Source of the DNA: an uncultured Candidatus Berkelbacteria bacterium
GTDB lineage: Bacteria; Patescibacteriota; UBA1384; XYA2-FULL-43-10; CAINNR01
NCBI GenBank assembly: GCA_903851235.1
Contig: CAINNR010000032.1
Span: 25-64,024, forward strand
Direction of reading: 5' to 3'
DNA: 64,000 nucleotides
Numbering within the stretch: the stretch's first letter is position 1; the number at the start of each line of letters is the position of its first letter. The notes below the pieces were generated by a model. That model searched no databases. It saw only the letters and a list, made by a program, of their open reading frames with translations, and was not told the origin of the DNA. Shown here in pieces: positions 56,920-64,000 of the stretch. A program made the translations under genes and the position numbers.

Positions 56920-57731
56920 AAATATCGGCAATAGTTTTATTAATAATTATTGCGACCGTGGCCATAGGCAGCCTCTATTATTATCTGCATCGGACGAAAC
57001 AGGTTGATAAGAATAGTCAGACCCTGTTTCTTGATAAACTTGATGGATCTGACCGCCTAGTCACCAACGAGTATGTGTATTGGAATCCTAACTCAACTTG
57101 TCCGTATAAATCAGATAAGTGGGATATGACAAGCGGCACACTGCTGATCAAAAATGGAGTTGGTTATTCAGGGCTGCCTAACAAAGAGAGCCGATCTGTA
57201 TGTGAATCAAATAATCAAACAAATTCTTATACTTTTAGGCTTAATACCAAAGATGCTAGCTTCACTAACACAGTTACATCTCTAGATTACGAAATGCTCA
57301 AACATGGTGATGCTTCCAGTAATACCGAAAATTCCTATGACGGTTTACATATTTGGGTTCGATACCAAAGCCAATATGCGCTCTATGCAGTATCAATTAG
57401 TCGATGGGATGGTAACTTAGCGATTAAAAAGAAGGTACCCGTAGAGATAGCTCACTGCAGCGATCCATCAAATGAAGGCTGCTATTATGATCTTGTTAGT
57501 CAAGTCAATCGACCCGATCTTACAAAATCTGCTGTATGGCATCATGCAGACATCACCACTGAGGATAGATCGGATGGCAAACTTCAGATTAAATTAGTTA
57601 TAGATGGTCAGACCGCTCTTGAAGCAACCGATGGTGGTGAACATGATTCTGTTTATCACACTGGTGCAGTTGGTGTACGCGGAGACAACACAGAATTTTA
57701 CTTTAAAAATTTTTTGGTTAAAAAAACCTAA
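56904..57731 (+). CDS. Membrane-anchored secreted protein, hypothetical (a possible concanavalin/LamG-like carbohydrate-binding or lyase fold).
   Basis: N-terminal TM; a beta-rich sequence; its start overlaps the upstream gene. Confidence 0.45.
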   Translation: MAKNIKISAIVLLIIIATVAIGSLYYYLHRTKQVDKNSQTLFLDKLDGSDRLVTNEYVYWNPNSTCPYKSDKWDMTSGTLLIKNGVGYSGLPNKESRSVCESNNQTNSYTFRLNTKDASFTNTVTSLDYEMLKHGDASSNTENSYDGLHIWVRYQSQYALYAVSISRWDGNLAIKKKVPVEIAHCSDPSNEGCYYDLVSQVNRPDLTKSAVWHHADITTEDRSDGKLQIKLVIDGQTALEATDGGEHDSVYHTGAVGVRGDNTEFYFKNFLVKKT

Positions 57732-57857
57732 AGAGCCAGATATCGATCTCAACAACGGCAAAAATTGGGCACTTAATTTAAAAGTTACAGATGTTGGCAA
57801 TGGTTTTGCTGGGCTCCAGTAATTAAACTATTAATTCTTCTGACCGGAAGATCAGAA

Positions 57858-57925
57858 AAGGTCTAAACTTCAATCGCTATGCTCCTCCATAATATAAAAT
57901 AGCCGTTTGGGCTTTTTTGTTTAGT
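57858..57925 (+). repeat. Boundary element E22 (degenerate right half).
   Basis: ggtctaaacttcaatcgctatgctcctccataatataaaatagccgtttgggcttttttgtttag. Confidence 0.6.
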
Positions 57926-57981
57926 TTCAGTTTTGTCCTGTGCTACAATGTAATTAAGAATAACTATTATCGGAGGGCGGA

Positions 57982-60516
57982 ATGTCTATGTTTTGGTTTG
58001 TGTTGCCGATTTTTGCTCTACTAGTAGCTATAGTCCGCAAGGATTTGCGCTTCCAAATGTTTTTGGCCGCCGTACTTTCAATTCCGATATTGATAATTAA
58101 ACCCCTAACCGATCCGAATTTTTTGCAAATAATAGCCGGTCTCGATCTAATAATTTTCTTTGCTGCTAGATTAATTATTGTTGCCTCATTTGCAGCCCTG
58201 GCGGCTGCGGTTTATGAACTATTTTTTCATAATAAAATTTCTCCTGTCCCGCACTCACAACGACCACGACTGCTCTGGTTGCTGAGTGGTCTTTTGTTCT
58301 TGGCTATATTGCTACTTTTGGGTCAAAGCTTTATTGTCGCTATTTTGGCGGCACTTTTGGTTGATCTGATAATAGTGATAATACTGCGCCCCGGTTTGAT
58401 TTGGGATGTCATCTTCTCCGGATTTTTCATGGGGTTTTTATATCTTTTTATTTATTTAATTGCATTTCGCGGTTTCCCCGGCGGACTAAATAATATTTGG
58501 TTTACGGATAGACTTTCCGGTCTAACGCTTTGGTCGCTGCCGGTTGAGGAGCTTCTGGCTGTGGTTTTGTTTGGTGCACTCGTTGGTCCGCTCTACACTG
58601 CAATTAAAACTTTAAAACTGCCAACTAAAATTATCCCATCAGAAGTCTCCGAAAAGAAGCTTGCAAATCCTAAAGTTATTTTTGGTTGGTTGATAATAGT
58701 TTTTTCTTTGCTTGCAATTTTGTTTGGGGCTTATTATTTTGTGATTCCACCGAAGGTCTCTACTTCAACGCCAAAAAATAGTACTTCCAGTGTTGGTTTG
58801 GTTGATGACATCGGTCTTAAATTCAACAAACCAATAAATCGTGATGTCATAAATTTTTCAATTCTACCAGACGTTTCCGGAGTCTGGCATTTTTCCAACG
58901 GAACATTGGCTAATCATTTATTTAGCCAAGCAAATTTTACGCCGGACAAACCACTTGCGGCAGAACAAGAATATACGATTAAAGTCACTAATATCCGTAA
59001 TTTAATCAATACTTCTTCCGGTGCCGATTTTCAATTTTCTTTCCGAACTGAGAGTTTGCCGAAAATCGATCATGCATCAATTGCCGATGGACAAACTGGT
59101 GTGATGCTAAATGATCCGATTAATATTTATTTGAGTCAGAAAAATAATAAAGTCGTAGATTTTAATTTCAAATTTGATCCAGCCGTTGATTTTACACCGT
59201 CAATTTCGGCTGATGGAATGCAGTATACTCTAAAATTAAACCAGCCGCTGACTCAAGGCGCAGTTTACAAATTAACGACGCTTGGTTGGATTTTGCCTGG
59301 TGCTGGAAATCCGGCCCCAGACGCTAATTGGCAAATGGCTTTTACCACAAAAGAGCCGCCAGCGCTTGCCAGTTACACCCCTCAAGGCAGTGGAATTTTG
59401 ACTGACAGTGGAAATATCACTTTGAATTTTGTTCAACCAATGGTTCAAGATGATGTATTGGGTCATATTTCAATTACTCCGGAGATAAAAGGCAGTTGGA
59501 AATGGCAGACTTCGACGAAACTGGTTTACAGCATCAACCAAAAATTATCGTTTGCTACCGGATACACAATTTTAATTGCTAAAGGTGTCCACGATCAATC
59601 GGGCGGTTTTATTGATAATGATATCAAAGCCACTTTTACTACTATCGGGAGTGTTCAAGTCAGTATTTTTTCGCCGAAAAACGCTGGTAGTAATGTCGCT
59701 ACCGATGCAAAAATATCAATTACTTTTGATCAGGCAGTTGACCACGGTTCAGCCGAGCGTGCTTTTTCAGTTTCACCGACTCTAAGTGGCAATTTTTCTT
59801 GGAGCGGTAATAAGATGATTTTTTCTCCCGATGGATTAAAGAAAGATTCGACTTACAATATCAATCTCGCGGCCGGCATCAAAAGTATCTCCGGTCTTGA
59901 TTCGAACAAAATCTTTTCCGCCAGTTTTTCCACTATTACCAGTTCTATTATTCTAAATATTGGAATTGATTATCAGGACCAGGCGCTTTCCTGCGAAGCG
60001 GCGTCGCTGAAAATGGCACTGAACTACCGTGGTGTCGGCGTGACTGAAAACGATATCATGGCTCGAATCGGTTACGACCCAACAATCCGAAATGGCAACA
60101 TTTGGGGTAATCCGAATAATGCTTTTGTCGGCAGTATTAACGGTCGGCAAGATACTACCGGCTATGGTGTTTACTGGCAGCCGATTGCCAGGGCTGCAAA
60201 TGTTTGGCGATCGGCAATTGCTTTTTCCGGCTGGTCGCCAAGCCAAATTGCCGGAGCGATCGCCGACAATAATCCGGTTATTTTGTGGGGAACTTACGGC
60301 AACGCTTCGCGTGATGATTGGCAAACGCCGGACGGCCAGCATATTCTCGCTTGGAAGGGAGAACATGCCAGAACAATTATCGGTTTTTTGGGCACAGCTG
60401 ACAACCCTACTAGCTTTGTTATCAATGATCCTGTCGCCGGACGAATAACCTGGACCGCTGCCCAACTTGCCGGTAACATGTCAGCTTTCGCTGGTAGCGG
60501 AGTCGTAGTTTATTGA
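57982..60516 (+). CDS. Large membrane protein: an N-terminal polytopic domain, bacterial Ig-like repeats and a C-terminal C39-like (Peptidase_C39_2) domain.
   Basis: 844 aa. Repeated Big-like '...S.S..I.I.F...V' segments. The C-terminal 'YQDQALSCEAASLKMALNYRGVGVTENDIMARIGYD' carries a catalytic Cys context. An extended -10 (TGcTACAAT) lies upstream. Confidence 0.6.
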   Translation: MSMFWFVLPIFALLVAIVRKDLRFQMFLAAVLSIPILIIKPLTDPNFLQIIAGLDLIIFFAARLIIVASFAALAAAVYELFFHNKISPVPHSQRPRLLWLLSGLLFLAILLLLGQSFIVAILAALLVDLIIVIILRPGLIWDVIFSGFFMGFLYLFIYLIAFRGFPGGLNNIWFTDRLSGLTLWSLPVEELLAVVLFGALVGPLYTAIKTLKLPTKIIPSEVSEKKLANPKVIFGWLIIVFSLLAILFGAYYFVIPPKVSTSTPKNSTSSVGLVDDIGLKFNKPINRDVINFSILPDVSGVWHFSNGTLANHLFSQANFTPDKPLAAEQEYTIKVTNIRNLINTSSGADFQFSFRTESLPKIDHASIADGQTGVMLNDPINIYLSQKNNKVVDFNFKFDPAVDFTPSISADGMQYTLKLNQPLTQGAVYKLTTLGWILPGAGNPAPDANWQMAFTTKEPPALASYTPQGSGILTDSGNITLNFVQPMVQDDVLGHISITPEIKGSWKWQTSTKLVYSINQKLSFATGYTILIAKGVHDQSGGFIDNDIKATFTTIGSVQVSIFSPKNAGSNVATDAKISITFDQAVDHGSAERAFSVSPTLSGNFSWSGNKMIFSPDGLKKDSTYNINLAAGIKSISGLDSNKIFSASFSTITSSIILNIGIDYQDQALSCEAASLKMALNYRGVGVTENDIMARIGYDPTIRNGNIWGNPNNAFVGSINGRQDTTGYGVYWQPIARAANVWRSAIAFSGWSPSQIAGAIADNNPVILWGTYGNASRDDWQTPDGQHILAWKGEHARTIIGFLGTADNPTSFVINDPVAGRITWTAAQLAGNMSAFAGSGVVVY

Positions 60517-61400
60517 CACCAATATTAATTTATAGTACAGTAAGGATTAAGCAAATCAATCAAAAAAAACAAATGGATAATAACGATAATTCTATTGGGA
60601 GAGAAGAAATCAAAACTTTTGGCGATTATTATTACCGGCCAAAAGCTAAACGCAATTCCTGGTTGAAAATTACCGGGCTGATTTTGCTTGTCGCAATTTT
60701 TCTTGGCGCTGGTTACTATGGGTATCGTCGTTGGCGTTCAAATAGATTAACAGAGAATAACTCCATTGTCGATGTTCCGGTGATAGAAAAGCCAGCCATT
60801 GTCTCGCCGTCAAATCCGGTTATCACACCAGCGGCAATTCCGGCTTCCGGTATGCTTATCGTACCATTTACGACTCAAGCGCCGTTTGCCAATTGGGATG
60901 CCACACACGAGGAGGCTTGTGAAGAAGCCAGTTTAATTATGCTTCATCATTATCAAAACGGAACTGCGATTGACTCCCCAACTTCGGCCGACAAAGAGAT
61001 TTTGGATTTAATCAGTTGGGAAACCGATAATGGTTATGGTGTTGATGTTACACTTGAACAACTTTCTGATATTGCCAGACGGTATTATGGTATGAGCAGT
61101 GGCCGAATTATTACCGATGTTACTACCGACACGATCAAAAAGGAGATCTCGGCCGGTCATCCGATAATTATACCGGCTGCGGGAAAAATCCTGCCGAATC
61201 CGAATTTCCGCGATGGCGGTCCAAACTATCACATGCTGGTTATAATCGGATATAATCAAACAGACTTTATCACCAACGATCCCGGTACCAGAAATGGCCA
61301 AAATTTTCACTATACTTACGATGGTCTCTTAAATGCTGTCCATGATTGGAACCCTGACAATATTCTTAACGGTCCAAAAGAACTCCTAGTTTTTGACTGA
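60513..61400 (+). CDS. Membrane-anchored C39-like peptidase domain protein.
   Basis: 'FTTQAPFANWDATHEEACEEASLIMLHHY' (Cys) ... 'HMLVIIGYN...DP' (His). The start may be ATG at 60573. Confidence 0.6.
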   Translation: MTPILIYSTVRIKQINQKKQMDNNDNSIGREEIKTFGDYYYRPKAKRNSWLKITGLILLVAIFLGAGYYGYRRWRSNRLTENNSIVDVPVIEKPAIVSPSNPVITPAAIPASGMLIVPFTTQAPFANWDATHEEACEEASLIMLHHYQNGTAIDSPTSADKEILDLISWETDNGYGVDVTLEQLSDIARRYYGMSSGRIITDVTTDTIKKEISAGHPIIIPAAGKILPNPNFRDGGPNYHMLVIIGYNQTDFITNDPGTRNGQNFHYTYDGLLNAVHDWNPDNILNGPKELLVFD

Positions 61401-61576
61401 AAATAGTATAATTGGTTATTTTTCGCAATAGTTTTAACTAAAGATTGTGATCAGTGCCCATTTAGAATTATATTAAGGCAAAGTTAGTTTGGAGATTGTT
61501 CGCCACTCCTCATCCCTAGAACATTAATATATTCTCTGCTCGGCGAGAATTGAAAAATATCTGCTACAATTAAACA

Positions 61577-62098
61577 ATGAAGAAAAAACTGCCACATAAA
61601 TTGGATGTCGGTTGCGCTTTCAGAAAACCTAAAGGTTATTGGGGAATCGATAAAGTCAAAGTTAAAGACGTTGATCAGTTTATTGACTTGTCCAAATTTC
61701 CTTGGCCGCTACCGGATAACCATTTTGAGGAAATCAGGGTTTGGCATATTTTACAATTTCTTCCGGATACGGTAAAAACAATGGAGGAAATTTGGCGGAT
61801 CGCTAAATCGGGGGCAAAAATAACGATTGGCGTTCCATATTATATGTCTGCATTGGCTTTTGGTGATCCAGCACACATTCGATATTTTACCGAAGAAACT
61901 TTCAAATTTTTTACCGATGATTCCTGGTATATTTCAAATCACAGCGCATATACTGTTGCAAAATTCAAAATTATCAAACAGAAATTGCGTACCACCGGCC
62001 GTTTACGCCGATTTTTACCTTTTAAGAGGTTCTTACGTTTTTTTGTTTGGAATTTGGTTGATGAACTGGTTATTGAGATGGAAGTAGAGAAACATTGA
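61577..62098 (+). CDS. Class I SAM-dependent methyltransferase-like protein.
   Basis: 'LDVGCAFRKPKGYWGIDK' (motif I) and 'GAKITIGVP'. Confidence 0.55.
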   Translation: MKKKLPHKLDVGCAFRKPKGYWGIDKVKVKDVDQFIDLSKFPWPLPDNHFEEIRVWHILQFLPDTVKTMEEIWRIAKSGAKITIGVPYYMSALAFGDPAHIRYFTEETFKFFTDDSWYISNHSAYTVAKFKIIKQKLRTTGRLRRFLPFKRFLRFFVWNLVDELVIEMEVEKH

Positions 62099-62117
62099 CG
62101 ATATAATAAGTTTTAAT

Positions 62118-62200
62118 TTTGTTCCGCTCTGCCCCATCAATAAAAAAGTAGCTCTGGTAGCTATTTTTTCTTTACAGCAGACAGGGTATAGAACTTTTGT
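62118..62200 (+). repeat. Boundary element E25.
   Basis: tttgttccgctctgccccatcaataaaaaagtagctctggtagctattttttctttacagcagacagggtatagaacttttg. Confidence 0.75.
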
Positions 62201-62231
62201 CTTCCTAGGTTGTTGAAGCGTAGCGAAACTA

Positions 62232-62260
62232 TTGACAAAAAATATATATTATGTTAGCAT
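62232..62260 (+). promoter_or_regulatory. Promoter of cassette 26.
   Basis: aactaTTGACA, 17 nt, TAGCAT. The leader has an SD (gAGAAGGAGcgatcgacgATG). Confidence 0.5.
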
Positions 62261-62294
62261 TTGGATATCCCGCCGTGAGAAGGAGCGATCGACG

Positions 62295-62708
62295 ATGCTG
62301 ACCAAGAAAGCAGTTGTATCAGCAGTAGTTTTACCGTTTCTTTCGATTGTACTGTCTCTGATTGTGGAATTTCTCGCCTGGTTCGTTTGGAGAGTTCTTC
62401 TTTCTAGGCCATTTGAATTTCTTTCTGTTTGGAAATGGTTCTACATCGACACACTAATCGTTTGTTTAAGTTTTGAAATTCTTCTTGTCGCAGCCTGTTA
62501 TATTACCTTCACCATCTACGCTAAGAAGTGGGATGTCAGTTACAAAGAAGCTGAAAAAGCTTTCTTGAAATATAATATCATTCAGAATTGTCCAGCAGAA
62601 GAAGGAATAAAATCATGGAAGGAATGGACAGCTGAAGACTACCATCTCCAAATGACCATCAGAGGAGTTGCGGAGGCGATGGTTGATCGAATTTTTGGGA
62701 ACCTTTGA
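62295..62708 (+). CDS. Cassette 26: membrane protein, hypothetical.
   Basis: The ATG after the SD gives MLTKKAVVSAVVLPFLSIVLSL... The track's 62232 start would overlap the promoter. Terminator at 62727-62757. Confidence 0.5.
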   Translation: MLTKKAVVSAVVLPFLSIVLSLIVEFLAWFVWRVLLSRPFEFLSVWKWFYIDTLIVCLSFEILLVAACYITFTIYAKKWDVSYKEAEKAFLKYNIIQNCPAEEGIKSWKEWTAEDYHLQMTIRGVAEAMVDRIFGNL

Positions 62709-62794
62709 TTTGACTCACAGAAACGTATACTGCCTTGCTTAAGGCAGTATTTTTTTGTCGGGGAACCTACCAATTAACCCGGTTATAAGCTTCC

Positions 62795-62873
62795 CCTACT
62801 GCGCTTTGCTATTGAATTTTATTTTCTTCTAGAGCGTCTTTTTTTGTGTCTGGCAGACTGGATGCAAAACTTT
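62795..62873 (+). repeat. Boundary element E26.
   Basis: ctactgcgctttgctattgaattttattttcttctagagcgtctttttttgtgtctggcagactggatgcaaaacttttt. Confidence 0.7.
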
Positions 62874-62889
62874 TTCTTTTCCTAAACTA

Positions 62890-62918
62890 TTGACATGCTA
62901 GGCACTTTTTGTTATAGT
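62890..62918 (+). promoter_or_regulatory. Second copy of the perfect-consensus promoter (see 48137-48165).
   Basis: aactaTTGACA-tgctaggcactttttgt-TATAGT-gatttgcgaagac. Confidence 0.7.
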
Positions 62919-63016
62919 GATTTGCGAAGACGAACACCAACACGGGAGGCTTGAAAATGCCATTGGCAAAAGGACTTATAACTAAGCGTGGTGGCTCGCC
63001 GGTATCAGTATAAGAA

Positions 63017-63229
63017 GTGATCGATGCCTTAAGAGAGGCATACGACATTGAATCCGTTGAACTTCTCCCTTCGGGAGCGACACTTGTCACGACATCTGTC
63101 GGTAGCATTGTTGCCCATACAGCCGTCGTTATGGTGCCTCAAGAGCCAGGATGGCTGGCACACGCTGAACCCTGCGTCTTGGAAAGGGATATGAGATTCT
63201 TGGCCTTCATAGATGAGGTTGGGCGATAA
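63017..63229 (+). CDS. Cassette 27: GC-rich hypothetical protein, preceded by an 18-codon uORF (62957-63013).
   Basis: 70 aa. An SD (GGGAGG) serves the uORF MPLAKGLITKRGGSPVSV*, whose stop sits 3 nt before the GTG/ATG of the main ORF. Terminator gggccgtcag-taat-ctgacggcc-tttttt at 63241-63269. Confidence 0.45.
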   Translation: MIDALREAYDIESVELLPSGATLVTTSVGSIVAHTAVVMVPQEPGWLAHAEPCVLERDMRFLAFIDEVGR

Positions 63230-63445
63230 CAGTACCCGATATGTGCATCAGGGCCGTCAGTAATCTGACGGCCTTTTTTAATTACCAGTAAACCCCGCAC
63301 GAAAGCGTGCGTCGCGGCCGTAAGTTTAGTCGCTGAAGTGCGGGGATGAATGGCGTATTGAACGCAAGCTTGTCTTGCGCGTGGCGGAGCCAAGAAAACC
63401 CGGAATTAACGAAGTGGTTTCCGGGGAGGACGTCATTTAATTTTA

Positions 63446-63548
63446 AAAAGTCGGATATAAAAGTTCTCATTTCTTTCCTTTGACCTGTTAACCAAATAAT
63501 CTTATAGAAGAGACTATTTTTCTGGCAAAGCGGATATAAAACTTTTTG
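63446..63548 (+). repeat. Boundary element E27.
   Basis: aaaagttctcatttctttcctttgacctgttaaccaaataatcttatagaagagactatttttctggcaaagcggatataaaactttttg. Confidence 0.65.
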
Positions 63549-63671
63549 CCTTCCCAAACTATCGAAATATAATCTTGAGGTGATATTGACATTTATATAA
63601 ATTTGTGATACGGTGGCATCAGCATGCAGTCGTTGATATCAGAAGGCAGGATAAAGGGAGGCGACTAGCGG

Positions 63672-63992
63672 ATGGAGGATCTCTTGGGCAAACACATCTT
63701 TACCATAAGGGAGCGTACCAAGCCCGGGACCGGCCATTTCGGCCAATTCAGTCCGACCAGGCAGTATGAATATGCTGTTGTCAGGTGCCTGGTCACCAGT
63801 CAAAATGGCGATCAGGTGGGACTCTTGGCAGATGGGAACAATAACCCCGAGTTGGACAACAAAACTGGTTGGAGATTAACATCTGGCCTCATCCTCATGC
63901 CCGGAACAAACACTATCCGGGTTGAGGAAGTTCACGGCTCTGACGGCCTGGGTCTGATTGGTATTTGGAAGGAGCGCGGCGCTACCGACTGA
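63672..63992 (+). CDS. Cassette 28: GC-rich hypothetical protein.
   Basis: 106 aa. SD GGGAGGcgactagcggATG. It ends with TGA at the window edge. Confidence 0.5.
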   Translation: MEDLLGKHIFTIRERTKPGTGHFGQFSPTRQYEYAVVRCLVTSQNGDQVGLLADGNNNPELDNKTGWRLTSGLILMPGTNTIRVEEVHGSDGLGLIGIWKERGATD

Positions 63993-64000
63993 ACCAGTGC

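Noticed and set aside
37400-63992. Regularly recurring ~100-bp repeats with hairpins, raising the possibility of a CRISPR array.
   Set aside because: The spacers are 0.3-7 kb protein-coding cassettes of irregular length. The repeats are imperfect and carry terminal inverted repeats. There are no cas genes, so this is not CRISPR.

Overview
The window is AT-rich with short intergenic spacers and looks like a small-genome bacterial chromosome, probably Patescibacteria/CPR (inferred from gene content and style). TGA, TAA and TAG all act as stop codons.

Positions 1-37,300 are mostly conserved housekeeping genes. A large secreted discoidin/Cys-repeat protein runs off the left edge. Next comes a GC-rich S26 signal-peptidase-like gene and a GNAT gene bracketed by 48-bp direct repeats. 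Then follow yebC, ruvC, galT and a cell-surface glycan cluster (GT4/GT2 glycosyltransferases, DUF218, a kinase-like protein, a phosphohexomutase). After that come ruvA, ruvB, queH, queA, tsaE, tsaB, an LCP protein, a parvulin, grpE, ppdK on the minus strand, a four-tRNA cluster, dnaK, a J-domain protein, two tandem paralogous membrane proteins and rsmH.

At tRNA-Asp(GTC) (37,338-37,413) the architecture changes. The remaining ~26.5 kb is a tandem array of about 25 single-gene or few-gene cassettes. Many cassettes are visibly GC-richer than the host DNA, and most carry their own near-consensus sigma70 promoter, several of them leaderless. The cassettes are separated by a conserved ~100-bp boundary element. 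This element has 12-13-bp terminal inverted repeats (CAAAAGTTCTAAC ... GTAGAACTTTTG), a copy of the tRNA-Asp 3' end plus its downstream hairpin, and a T-tract. This looks like an integron-like or tRNA-targeted cassette-integration platform. No integrase lies in the window.

The array also contains three complete type-III hammerhead ribozyme motifs just 3' of GC-rich cassette ORFs. It contains a reverse-oriented RiPP-like cassette (a 30-aa precursor peptide, an attenuator hairpin, then a radical-SAM/SPASM maturase). It also holds a decayed cassette with two in-frame stops and a multi-gene exopolysaccharide module (UDP-sugar dehydrogenase, processive GT2, a lyase/deacetylase fusion). The same promoter drives two unrelated cassettes.

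The supplied ORF track omits ORFs that run off the window edge. Many of its overlapping or antisense ORFs are judged spurious.
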